DNA of 32,000 nt from Caulobacter phage phiCbK: the sequence record JX100813.1; one strand, given 5' to 3'. Within the stretch, counting starts at the first letter, position 1, and the number at the start of each line of letters is the position of its first letter. Of the stretch, positions 23,512 through 31,972 are shown one piece after another. The position numbers were made by a program, and so were the translations under genes. Below the pieces are notes generated by a model. That model searched no databases. It saw only the letters and a list, made by a program, of their open reading frames with translations, and was not told the origin of the DNA.

Positions 23512-23810
23512 CAGGCTTGCACCTCGAAGGCGTTGATCTTGTGGGCGTCATACCACCAGCGCCGGCCCTGGCAGGCCTTGCAGGTGACGTCGTCCCAGCC
23601 CTCGGCGAAGGCGAGGGGCTTGAGGGTATGGGCCGGCACCGTCTTGATCGTCGAACGCACCCCGCCGTTCTTCAGGTAGGCGGTGCGGCCATGGACCGTC
23701 TCGGGCACGGCGATCGTCTTGTCCGGCGACCAGCGATTGCAGACCGTGTAGCGCCCTTCGCCGCTGTTGCGGAACGGGCGCGGGGCATGGGCGGTGGCGG
23801 GCTTAGACAC
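23511..23810 (-). CDS. hypothetical protein (99 aa), C-terminal CxxC
   Basis: DVTCKACQGRRWWYDAHKINAFEVQA. Confidence 0.6.
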   Translation of the reverse strand: MSKPATAHAPRPFRNSGEGRYTVCNRWSPDKTIAVPETVHGRTAYLKNGGVRSTIKTVPAHTLKPLAFAEGWDDVTCKACQGRRWWYDAHKINAFEVQA

Positions 23811-23961
23811 GGGCCTTCTCCGAGGTCCGGATGATCAGGGCGACCAGCAGGATCGCGATGATCACCGCCGTCGTCATCGGAGGCTGGCGATTGTAGCCGT
23901 CGATGAAGCCAAGCACGGTCCCCGCCAGCATCGCCGCCCCATAGGCGCTCCAGAACTTCAA
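23803..23961 (-). CDS. small two-helix membrane protein, TTG start
   Basis: LKFWSAYGAAMLAGTVLGFIDGYNRQPPMTTAVIIAILLVALIIRTSEKARV; TTGA overlap with upstream stop. Confidence 0.55.
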   Translation of the reverse strand: MKFWSAYGAAMLAGTVLGFIDGYNRQPPMTTAVIIAILLVALIIRTSEKARV

Positions 23962-24545
23962 GCCTCGATCTCCTCGAACCGCCCATCCATGAATTCGGCC
24001 TCGCGCCGACCCCACATCTGGCCCTCGGCGTCGAGGTAGGTCAGCAGGGTCTCGTCATCGAGCACCGGGGTCTCGCACTGGATGCGGATCGTCCCGACCA
24101 GGGCGTATTCGCCGCCGCGCTTCCTGTGGCGGAAGCGCCGCATGCCGCGCGGAAGCTCCGCCAGGAAGGCCTTCAGGGCGTCCGCCACCTTGGCGACGCC
24201 GTGCGGGAAGTGCGAGCCCGGCCCGCGCACCCATTGATAGATCGTCGCCAGGGCGAAGCGCCCGGCGGCGATCTCGCCCGTGGGGTCCTTGCGGATCATG
24301 TCCGGCGCGTAGTCTTCGAGATAGTTCGTCCCGAGGATCGCCATGCAGCGGGCCTCCTCCACCGAAGTCGGCAGACGCAGGTGATCGCGATCCAGGCGGT
24401 CGGCCTCGGCGAGCGACTTGATCACCCCGACCAGGATCGCCGCCTTCTCGGCGTGCCACTGCCGGCCACCGGGCTCTGCGGCGCGCTCGGCGTGGTAGAG
24501 GTGGTAGTCCAGTATCTCGTGGACGTCTTCGCTCTGTCGGGACAT
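23958..24545 (-). CDS. hypothetical protein (195 aa)
   Basis: first gene after promoter at 24574-24603 with SD leader. Confidence 0.65.
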   Translation of the reverse strand: MSRQSEDVHEILDYHLYHAERAAEPGGRQWHAEKAAILVGVIKSLAEADRLDRDHLRLPTSVEEARCMAILGTNYLEDYAPDMIRKDPTGEIAAGRFALATIYQWVRGPGSHFPHGVAKVADALKAFLAELPRGMRRFRHRKRGGEYALVGTIRIQCETPVLDDETLLTYLDAEGQMWGRREAEFMDGRFEEIEA

Positions 24546-24573
24546 AGGGTTCCTTCCGTTGTCGTCACCCGCG

Positions 24574-24603
24574 ACACTAGATGGTCGGAGGTGTGACTGT
24601 CAA
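24574..24603 (-). promoter_or_regulatory. predicted promoter P8
   Basis: GTGTTGACA-N18-TAGTGTCGCG then GACGACAACGGAAGGA. Confidence 0.75.
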
Positions 24604-24607
24604 CACT

Positions 24608-25129
24608 TCACGTCAGAGCTAGACGGTGACGATAGAACAGGCGCCGGCCGTTGAAGAACAGACGGATGCGGAATTCCTCGTCGAGGGTCCCGATGTCGAG
24701 GCTAAGGCCCAGGAGGCCCAGGCTGACATAGGCATGGCGCCCGAAGCTCCCCGGAATGGCGTCCATGCCGCCGGCGACGAACCGGATGAGCCAGAGCCAG
24801 CCCAGGTCGAATCGCTTGAAGCCCTGCCATTCGATCGAGCGCCAGGAGAAGCCGCCGCCCAGCAGGGTGATGTCGATGTCCAGGTTCCAGCCGTCGGCCA
24901 GCGGATCGCGGCGGCGGTGGTAGCGCAGGCGAAAGAAGCCGCCGTCGAGGTCGAAGTTCGGGATCGCGCCAAAGGCCAGACGGCGCAGACGCGCCAGGAC
25001 ATAGCCGACCGGGAAGATCACCAGGGCGTAGAGACTCAGGAGGAAGACCAGGGCCACGGCGCACCACAGGCCATGCCAGAAGAACCCGAGCATCATCCCA
25101 AGCTTTGGCGAATGGTCGGGCATGGTCAT
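24608..25129 (-). CDS. membrane-associated hypothetical protein (173 aa)
   Basis: FFWHGLWCAVALVFLLSLYALVIFPVGYVLA. Confidence 0.65.
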   Translation of the reverse strand: MTMPDHSPKLGMMLGFFWHGLWCAVALVFLLSLYALVIFPVGYVLARLRRLAFGAIPNFDLDGGFFRLRYHRRRDPLADGWNLDIDITLLGGGFSWRSIEWQGFKRFDLGWLWLIRFVAGGMDAIPGSFGRHAYVSLGLLGLSLDIGTLDEEFRIRLFFNGRRLFYRHRLALT

Positions 25130-25764
25130 GTCCCCTTGGCGAAGTCACCGGCCCGGCCGATGACATGGAAATAGGCGTAGGCCTCGCCGGGCGTATGCCG
25201 GTCGCGATTATCGACGACCGGGAGGTCCTCGGCGTAGCGGGCGAACCACGCGGCCTTGCGCGCCGCCCAGGCGGCGGGGTCCTCGTCGTGATCCCAGCCG
25301 AACAGTCCGCGCCCGTTTTCCCGACCCTTGCGCAGGTGGGCCACTGGCTGGTTGGTCCCAATGTAGCGGGTGTAGGCCTCGGGCGCTTCGCCGTGCTGGG
25401 TCGGGCGGCCGTCGCCATGGTGGTCGACGAAGGCCAGATCGTTTTTGGAGAGGTCCTGGGCGATCCAGCCGCGACGGTCCTTGACGAAGGGATCGACCAG
25501 GATGGTGATCTCGCGATAGATGTTCGCGCCGACGATCATGGCCCAGGCCTCGTTATCGGCGCGTTCCTTGCCGCCATCGCGCAGGGAGATCAGGTAAGCG
25601 CAGCCGTCCTGGATGGACTTGCCCTCCAGGAGGGCCGCCCAGTTCATGCAGATGTCGCCCCACTTCTTGGCGGCCAGGACATCCCAGGCGGTGCGTTGCT
25701 TGGCGTCGCGCTCGTAATAGACCCTGGCGGCGTCGCGCAGATGATCGGAGAAGGTCTGGATCAT
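25126..25764 (-). CDS. hypothetical protein (212 aa)
   Basis: minus-strand ORF, natural composition. Confidence 0.65.
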   Translation of the reverse strand: MIQTFSDHLRDAARVYYERDAKQRTAWDVLAAKKWGDICMNWAALLEGKSIQDGCAYLISLRDGGKERADNEAWAMIVGANIYREITILVDPFVKDRRGWIAQDLSKNDLAFVDHHGDGRPTQHGEAPEAYTRYIGTNQPVAHLRKGRENGRGLFGWDHDEDPAAWAARKAAWFARYAEDLPVVDNRDRHTPGEAYAYFHVIGRAGDFAKGT

Positions 25765-26057
25765 CAGTCGACCTTCGGTTCGCGCTTGAAGCGGCCGTTC
25801 TCGTCATAGCGGTCCGGGTTGGCGCCGGGGGCGTGGAAGCCCGCCATCGAGCCGATCTCCATGGCCGCGCGCTGCGCCGGCGTAACGCCCATGCGCTGGT
25901 TCATGGCGGTGACGGCGGCCTCGCCCTGGACCCCGTAGTCGGTGGGGTAGTAGCCGGTCTCGTCCTTCTTCAGGATGACCGTCTCGCCCGTCTCGATGTT
26001 GATCGAGTAGCAGAGGTCGGGCAGGGCCGCGAGATTGATCTGGCGTTGGGTCAGCAT
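25764..26057 (-). CDS. hypothetical protein (97 aa)
   Basis: first gene after promoter at 26087-26115 with SD leader. Confidence 0.65.
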   Translation of the reverse strand: MLTQRQINLAALPDLCYSINIETGETVILKKDETGYYPTDYGVQGEAAVTAMNQRMGVTPAQRAAMEIGSMAGFHAPGANPDRYDENGRFKREPKVD

Positions 26058-26086
26058 GGAGGCCTCCTTGTTGTCGTCGAGGATGG

Positions 26087-26115
26087 CTTCTAGCCGGCCC
26101 AGGTCAGGTTGTCAA
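26087..26115 (-). promoter_or_regulatory. predicted promoter P9
   Basis: GTGTTGACA-N17-TAGAAG then CGACGACAACAAGGAGG. Confidence 0.88.
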
Positions 26116-26432
26116 CACTCGACAGCCAAGTAGACGTTTCGGCGCGGCTCATAGGGGAGATCGTTGGCGATCGCCATCAGCCAGCCGGCGTGGCAGCGCT
26201 TGGGAGCGCAGTGGCAGACGAGATGGAAGCCCTTGAAGTTGGCCTTGACCCAGGCGACGAACGCCTCGTCCTTGGACTTCAGGGCGATGTACTTGTCGAT
26301 CACCGTGTCGCGATCGCCATCCTGACCGATGCGGAATTCGTTGCCCGCCGGGGTCCCCCGGCCGACGTACTTGGACATCGGCGGGAGATGGCCTGGGAAC
26401 TCGCTTCGGCTGAGAACGCGCAGTTCGATCAT
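26112..26432 (-). CDS. DUF4326-like protein
   Basis: KYVGRGTPAGNEFRIGQDGDRDTVIDKY...LVCHCAPKRCHAGWLMAIAN matches the GR..P.GNPF ... L.C.CaP..CHg..L pattern. Confidence 0.8.
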   Translation of the reverse strand: MIELRVLSRSEFPGHLPPMSKYVGRGTPAGNEFRIGQDGDRDTVIDKYIALKSKDEAFVAWVKANFKGFHLVCHCAPKRCHAGWLMAIANDLPYEPRRNVYLAVEC

Positions 26433-27073
26433 GCCGCCCGGCTCTCCACGTAGTCGGCGAGGATCGCCAGGGTGTCCTCGGCCGAGGTGTGGAGGATCGA
26501 GAAGCCCCCAGCCCGGTTCCAGGCCACGCAGTTGGCGACGCGATCGTCGATCAGGATTTGGTGGTCGGAGTGCTTGCGGTGCATGAACTCCTGCTTCTTG
26601 GCCGAGGTCGTGCAGATGAAGCGGTGGTCCTCGATCCGGATGCGATCGGGCACCATGCCGGCCACGGCCTCGTCCCCGGAGAACATCTCGGCGAACGCCT
26701 GGGGCAGAAGCGTCTCCTCGATCCAGCGCCGCTTGCCATAGGCCGCGCCCAGCCAGTAGGGGTGGATCAGGAAGTCCTCGTCCGTCGCCCCGAACTTGGG
26801 CGAGGCGGTCAGGATGATCGGATCGGCCTCGAACACCGCCGTGTAGAGGTCGACGGCGCCGGGCATGAACGGCAGGGTCTCGAAGAAGTTCGTGCCCTCG
26901 ATCTTGCGGTACATCCCCTGCTTCCAGAGGTTGGCTTCGTCGTCCATCGCGTGGCTCGACTTGTTGTACTCGGAATCGGGCTCGAACCCGAGCCGGCGGA
27001 TGCCCGCGTCGAAATCGGCCAGGACGCCGTCCATGTCGAGATAGATGGCGAAGTTCTTCAGGTTCATGGTCAC
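26429..27073 (-). CDS. 5'(3')-deoxyribonucleotidase-like HAD phosphatase (NT5C type)
   Basis: IYLDMDGVLADFDAGIRRLG ... PIILTASP ... HQILIDDRVANCVAWNRAGG. Confidence 0.85.
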   Translation of the reverse strand: MTMNLKNFAIYLDMDGVLADFDAGIRRLGFEPDSEYNKSSHAMDDEANLWKQGMYRKIEGTNFFETLPFMPGAVDLYTAVFEADPIILTASPKFGATDEDFLIHPYWLGAAYGKRRWIEETLLPQAFAEMFSGDEAVAGMVPDRIRIEDHRFICTTSAKKQEFMHRKHSDHQILIDDRVANCVAWNRAGGFSILHTSAEDTLAILADYVESRAA

Positions 27074-27270
27074 TCCGGAAATTGCGCGTGCAGCCCCATG
27101 GCGATGCGCGCCAGTTCGTAGGCGGTCTTGGTCTCCAACTCGCGGGTCGGCGTGCGCTCGATCTTGAGTTGGTCGCTCATCATGTGGATGGCGTGGATGA
27201 TGTCGCTCTTGCGCCTCTTCTCGTAGTAGCGGTGCGACGCGGTGGCGCGGATTTCGACGATCGCCATCAC
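27070..27270 (-). CDS. hypothetical protein (66 aa)
   Basis: ATGA-overlapping ORF. Confidence 0.5.
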   Translation of the reverse strand: MMAIVEIRATASHRYYEKRRKSDIIHAIHMMSDQLKIERTPTRELETKTAYELARIAMGLHAQFPE

Positions 27271-27629
27271 AGGGCTCCCGCGCAGGCCAGAGCCATCGCC
27301 CAGCCGCGCTCGGTCGGCTCGAAGCGGGCGATCGGCCCCTTGACGTTCGGATCGTCGGAGAAATGCGGGTCGAGCCAGCCCTTGTTGGCGTGGATCACCT
27401 CGTCGAGCGAGCGCGCCTCATAGACCAGGATTTTGCGGCCCTCGTAGTTGAGGGCGTCGGGGTACATGATCTCGACCACCGTGCAGCGGCCGACCTCCTG
27501 GCCCCGGATGAGCCTCCAGCGCGCCGGGTCGGGATCGCCCGGCGTCAGCGTCACGGGAGACTGCCCGCCGGAGAAAAGCCGCATCTTGCTGGGCTCACGC
27601 GCCGAGCGTCCGGTCGAGAACAATCGCAT
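27267..27629 (-). CDS. hypothetical protein (start MRLFSTGRSAREP)
   Basis: ATG at 27627-27629; longer track N-terminus is shadow. Confidence 0.55.
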   Translation of the reverse strand: MRLFSTGRSAREPSKMRLFSGGQSPVTLTPGDPDPARWRLIRGQEVGRCTVVEIMYPDALNYEGRKILVYEARSLDEVIHANKGWLDPHFSDDPNVKGPIARFEPTERGWAMALACAGAL

Positions 27630-27636
27630 CCCCACC

Positions 27637-28023
27637 CTAGTCTCCCAGGCCCTGCATGGCGTTGTCGCGACTGTCCTCGGCGTCGGGCCGAGACGCCAGG
27701 GCCGCCAGAAGGTCAACCGAGAGGTGGCGGTTGTAGATCGCCACGCCCTTATACTTGAAAAGCTCGCTGGCCTCGTGGATCAGCGCCCGCTCAACCGCCG
27801 CCCAGGCCGTCTGGACGATCTCGGTGTCGGTGGTGTAGTAGGAGAGCTTCCACTTGCGCCCCTTCCACATCTCCGGCTCGCCGGTGACGGTGTTGACCCC
27901 GTCCTTGCAGACGATCTGGAGCCAGACCTCGGTGCGGCTGGTCCCGAGTCGGAACTCGAAGCCAGGATAGCTCAGGCGGTCGACGATGGTGCGGATCGAT
28001 TGGGCGCTGCGACGATTCGCCAT
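27637..28023 (-). CDS. hypothetical protein (128 aa)
   Basis: minus-strand ORF, natural composition. Confidence 0.6.
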   Translation of the reverse strand: MANRRSAQSIRTIVDRLSYPGFEFRLGTSRTEVWLQIVCKDGVNTVTGEPEMWKGRKWKLSYYTTDTEIVQTAWAAVERALIHEASELFKYKGVAIYNRHLSVDLLAALASRPDAEDSRDNAMQGLGD

Positions 28024-28025
28024 GC

Positions 28026-28487
28026 TCAGGGCCTCGACTTGATCAGCTTCTTCTTGCGTCGGGGCGGGCGCGGCGCGAGCGGGAAGCCGTGATCCGCGTA
28101 CACGGGTTCGGGCGGCGGGGCGGGGAGGTCCGCCGGGCGTTCCAGGCTAAAGGCGTCCGCGTCGAGGTCGTAGATCGACACCCGATCGCTGTAGCCGTAG
28201 CGGTTGTCATGGTAGGTGATCCCGACGTCTCCCAGGCTGGAGACCATGATCACCCGGCAGGCCTTGCCCTTGTAGCGGCCGTAGAGCTTCGGCATGAAGC
28301 CGGCCTCCTCGATCGCCAGGGTCTCGGTGGCGTTGCCGGCGTTCAGCGCCAGAAAGCCCCGCACGATGGCCGGCAGCTTGTAGTCGCAGATCGCGCGGCT
28401 GTTGCTGACCTCGTAGGGCATGCCGATCTTGCCCTCCATCAGGGCGCCCAGGACCTCGGCGTCGCTCAGGGTTTCAGTCTCGGCCAT
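28026..28487 (-). CDS. hypothetical protein (153 aa; MAETETLSDAEV...)
   Basis: ATG at 28485-28487. Confidence 0.65.
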   Translation of the reverse strand: MAETETLSDAEVLGALMEGKIGMPYEVSNSRAICDYKLPAIVRGFLALNAGNATETLAIEEAGFMPKLYGRYKGKACRVIMVSSLGDVGITYHDNRYGYSDRVSIYDLDADAFSLERPADLPAPPPEPVYADHGFPLAPRPPRRKKKLIKSRP

Positions 28488-28743
28488 AGGTGATCCTGTA
28501 CGGGAGCCCGCCGACGCAGATTTTCCCGCGTCGGCCGTCGGCGGTGGTGAAACGGAAGCCCTGGCGGCTCTTGGTGCCGGCGCAGGACCACCATGCGCGG
28601 TGGAAGCTGACGACCTCGACGCCGGTGTCGCGCTCGACCAGATGTCGAGCATGACGTCCCTCCCAGGTGTAGGCCCAGACCCCGATGGCGAAGAAGACCA
28701 GAGTCAGGGAGCCATAGACGGCCCCTTTGACATAGTCCTCCAT
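28474..28743 (-). CDS. small single-pass membrane protein (89 aa)
   Basis: YGSLTLVFFAIGVWAYTWEG. Confidence 0.6.
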   Translation of the reverse strand: MEDYVKGAVYGSLTLVFFAIGVWAYTWEGRHARHLVERDTGVEVVSFHRAWWSCAGTKSRQGFRFTTADGRRGKICVGGLPYRITYGRD

Positions 28744-29120
28744 CAGGCCGCCACGAGCCCGGTGATCACGTCGGTGACGATGCGACGCTTCTCGGCCGGC
28801 ATGCCCGCCAGCGCCAGGATCGTCTTGGCGCCGATCTCGGCGACGGCGGTCTCGACGTCGGCCCGGCCGTCGGTCAGGAACGCCGGATCGTCGACCGGCG
28901 GATAGAAATGCCCGATGTCCTTCTTCAGGAACTGGGCCGCCTCATAGAGCTTCGAGGACGAGATGCGGTTATGCCCGCGCTCGTATTTCTGGACCTGCTG
29001 GAAGGTCACGCCGATCGCCTCGGCGAGTTGGCCTTGCGAGAAGCCGGCCGTCTTGCGGGTGTCGCGCAGCTTGCGCCCCACATAGACGTCGACGGGGTGC
29101 GGGGTCTTGTCGTCAGCCAT
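28743..29120 (-). CDS. XRE-family helix-turn-helix regulator
   Basis: VDVYVGRKLRDTRKTAGFSQGQLAEAIGVTFQQVQKYERGHNRISSSKLYEAAQFL. Confidence 0.92.
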   Translation of the reverse strand: MADDKTPHPVDVYVGRKLRDTRKTAGFSQGQLAEAIGVTFQQVQKYERGHNRISSSKLYEAAQFLKKDIGHFYPPVDDPAFLTDGRADVETAVAEIGAKTILALAGMPAEKRRIVTDVITGLVAA

Positions 29121-30099
29121 GAGCGGCTTCCTCCTTCTGCTTCTTGGACCGCAGGTCGCGGCGGTGTTTAAAGGCCGCGCGCAGGGCCTGGGTGGTGTCG
29201 TCGTGCATGCCCAGGTCCGCCCCATCGGGCGCGACCACGCTGTTCTGGAGACCGAACCGATAGCCCTCGGCCGTCAGTTCATAGACCGCCTGCTCCTCGT
29301 GCATCTGGGCGAGGTGGCGATAATATTCGGCCAGCGCCAGTTCGTAGTCGCCCAGGAAGAGGCGCGCGTTGCGCTCGACGCCGGCGACCTCGGCGCGGAA
29401 GGTCAGCAGGAACCGCCCAGGCCCGACATGCGTCAGCTTGTAGCCGTGTTCGGCCAGCACCTCGTCGACGGTCTTGGTGACCGTGTAGATGTGGAAGGTG
29501 TAGACGGCTTCGATGTGGGTGTCGTCGTAGAGATACTCGGACCGGTTTTGATGCTCGCCGATGTAGGGACCCCACTTGTGGTAGCGCCAGCCGCCGGACG
29601 CGGGCTGGTGCTCACGCCGGACTTCCACCATCGAGATGAAGTAGGGCGTGTCCGGATCGTCGATCAGGTCGGGGATGCAGGCGAGAAGCTGCTCGGGGCT
29701 GTCGCAGACGCCGTAGCTTTCGACCAGATAGGGGATGCGCCTATAGCCCTCGGGGACCGGCGGGACCTCGTCCAGGTACTCGGTGTCGAGCACCTCGATC
29801 TTGTACTTGTCGTGGAGCAGGTTGATCCGCGCCTCGCGGCGGTCTCCGTCGGCCTTGATCCAGGCCCGGACCGCAGCGCTGCGCTCCTCCTCGGTCTGGC
29901 CGCGTTCGTGGGGCGGACCCCACTTGCTGTCGCGGTCCTCGATCTTTTCGACGATCTCGTACTCGGGATTCCAGGAGCCCATCGAGTAGACGCCCTGGTG
30001 GAGGCGAATGGGCTTGCGGGCGCGGTTGTTCATTTCCGCGATCATCTTGGCGATCGGGTCGACTTCCGAGGCGGGGCGCAGGGTGATGTCGTAGAGCAT
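29113..30099 (-). CDS. hypothetical protein (328 aa; MLYDITLRPASE...)
   Basis: ATG at 30097-30099 overlapping upstream stop. Confidence 0.7.
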   Translation of the reverse strand: MLYDITLRPASEVDPIAKMIAEMNNRARKPIRLHQGVYSMGSWNPEYEIVEKIEDRDSKWGPPHERGQTEEERSAAVRAWIKADGDRREARINLLHDKYKIEVLDTEYLDEVPPVPEGYRRIPYLVESYGVCDSPEQLLACIPDLIDDPDTPYFISMVEVRREHQPASGGWRYHKWGPYIGEHQNRSEYLYDDTHIEAVYTFHIYTVTKTVDEVLAEHGYKLTHVGPGRFLLTFRAEVAGVERNARLFLGDYELALAEYYRHLAQMHEEQAVYELTAEGYRFGLQNSVVAPDGADLGMHDDTTQALRAAFKHRRDLRSKKQKEEAAHG

Positions 30100-30380
30100 C
30101 AGGCGGCGCCCTGGGCGATTTCGTAGGTGATCTTCGAGACGCCGATATCGACCACGAACCGGTCGGGCGAGCCGTCGAACACGTAGTTGGCCTGACACCC
30201 AATCGGCATCATCTTGCCGTTGTCCATCCAGATCGCGTCCGGCGTGGCCTCGACCACGCCGCGCACCTGCGCCTGGGCCGGAGAAGGTTGCATCTCCACG
30301 CCGCCCACGGTGATCGCCACGGCCGCGAGACGCGCGCCCGGCTGGTTCAACTTGGCGATCAGGTCCTGGATCGAGTTCAC
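30099..30380 (-). CDS. hypothetical protein (93 aa), GTG start
   Basis: GTG at 30378-30380 preceded by AGAAGGAGGCCGC and a promoter. Confidence 0.65.
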   Translation of the reverse strand: MNSIQDLIAKLNQPGARLAAVAITVGGVEMQPSPAQAQVRGVVEATPDAIWMDNGKMMPIGCQANYVFDGSPDRFVVDIGVSKITYEIAQGAA

Positions 30381-30411
30381 GCGGCCTCCTTCTGTCGTTG
30401 TGTCGACATAA

Positions 30412-30440
30412 GCTCTAGCCGTGGTTTTCCGGCCTGTCAA
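30412..30440 (-). promoter_or_regulatory. predicted promoter P10
   Basis: GTGTTGACA-N17-TAGAGC then CGACACAACGACAGAAGGAGG. Confidence 0.82.
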
Positions 30441-30467
30441 CACACAACCGCCAAGGGTCAAAAGAAA

Positions 30468-30492
30468 ACCGCCGCCCCGAAGGACGGCGGTC
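30468..30492 (-). terminator. rho-independent terminator, leftward
   Basis: minus-strand ACCGCCGTCC-TTTCG-GGGCGGCGGT (10 bp with one G-U) then TTTCTTTT. Confidence 0.88.
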
Positions 30493-30517
30493 ATGACAGA
30501 GCATGTCAGGAGGGACG

Positions 30518-31972
30518 TCAGACGTCCAGAGCGAAGGCCGGCGGGGAGACGTCCGGCTTCTGAATGATGAATCCCCGATCCAAGAGGGGCGGGAAGACCT
30601 GCTTGAGCACGCCGGCCGCGACCCCGGCTTCCTCGGCGATTTCGGCGAACGTGAAGGCCTCGCGCTGGCCGGCGCTGGCGACAAACAGATCGTTGAGCGC
30701 CAGGATCACCGCGCCCGCCGGACTGATCTCGTAGGCCATGTCGAAATTCGGGTCTTCCGACAGCCGCAGCAGGCCTTCCGCCTCCAGGTTCGCGATGAGC
30801 GCCTTGAGTTGGTCGACCTTGACCGCGCCAAGATGGGTTTGGATTTCCCAGGGCGCCGCCGGCTCCTCGGCGCGCACGGCTTGCAGCGTCGCGATCAAGG
30901 CGATCGCCGGCATGGCCCGCACGATCATCTCGTCGCCAACCGTCAGGTCCGGGGCGTTGACCAGCAGGTCATTGATCACCGCGTCGCCGTGGGTCTCGAC
31001 ATAGGTCCGCAGCCGCTTGAGGGCGACCAGGAAATCGTCCTTGGTGATCGGCTCGATGCGGAAGGTCAGGAGCGGGTCGGTCGGAATCTCCGAGAAGTAG
31101 GCCCGACCCCGGTGGCTCCAGCCCTCGACCACATGCAGGAAGAGATCGATCGGCATGGCGACGGCGCCAAAGCCCAGTCGCGCATCGTCCGTCGCCTCCT
31201 CGACCTGCGCCAAGGCGTTGTCGATCGCTTCGAGCGTGAAGCCCCCGACAAGGCCGTTTTCCGCCGCGTCCAGCACGTTGGCCGCTTCTTCGGTGCCGAG
31301 CCCTTCGACGACCATTTCCGAGGCCTCCTGAGCCGTTTCCTGCGGCAGGGCGTCGGCGAGCTTGCTCATCGCCTCGGCGACGCCGCTCGTGTCGAGTTCC
31401 AGCTTCAGGGCCAGCTTCTCGGGACGCGCCGAGTAGGGCACGCCCTGGATCACCACGGCGCCCAGGTCGCCGACGACGCGCTTGGTCACTTCCAGATAGG
31501 CGTAGCGCGAGGCGGCGTTGAGCAGCGACAGCCGTTCGAAGACGATCTGCTGCTCCTGCTCGCGCGACAGGATGCCCGTCTCCAGGATGAACAGCGGCTC
31601 GGAGCCGTCCAACGGAGGCTTGGCCTCGCCGTCGTCTTCCGGAAGGTCCTCGTCGAAATCGGCGCCGCTGATCGGCTCGCTCTCCGGCGGGGTGAAGCGG
31701 ATGCCCGGCTCGCGGGGCGGTTCGGCGGGAGTGGCGTCGTCGAGAGGCATGTCGGTCCTTTGAGGCTTGGAGGTGATGAAGAGCGTGGTGAGATCGACGT
31801 CCCAGACCCCGCGCCCGTCGGTGAAGAGCGCCATGAAGGTCCCCAGGCGCGCATCCCAGCGGATGGTCTGGATCACGCCGTTGACTTCGCCATAGACGCC
31901 GGTCGCCCCCACGAGTTCATCGCGCAGGACCTCCGCATGGTCGTGGCACTCACCAAGCGTCGCCGGACGCAC
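30518..31972 (-). CDS. large hypothetical protein with possible C-terminal winged-helix region
   Basis: 484-aa ORF; YEISPAGAVILALNDLFVASAGQREAFTFAEIAEEAGVAAGVLKQVFPPLLDRGFI. Confidence 0.7.
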   Translation of the reverse strand: MRPATLGECHDHAEVLRDELVGATGVYGEVNGVIQTIRWDARLGTFMALFTDGRGVWDVDLTTLFITSKPQRTDMPLDDATPAEPPREPGIRFTPPESEPISGADFDEDLPEDDGEAKPPLDGSEPLFILETGILSREQEQQIVFERLSLLNAASRYAYLEVTKRVVGDLGAVVIQGVPYSARPEKLALKLELDTSGVAEAMSKLADALPQETAQEASEMVVEGLGTEEAANVLDAAENGLVGGFTLEAIDNALAQVEEATDDARLGFGAVAMPIDLFLHVVEGWSHRGRAYFSEIPTDPLLTFRIEPITKDDFLVALKRLRTYVETHGDAVINDLLVNAPDLTVGDEMIVRAMPAIALIATLQAVRAEEPAAPWEIQTHLGAVKVDQLKALIANLEAEGLLRLSEDPNFDMAYEISPAGAVILALNDLFVASAGQREAFTFAEIAEEAGVAAGVLKQVFPPLLDRGFIIQKPDVSPPAFALDV

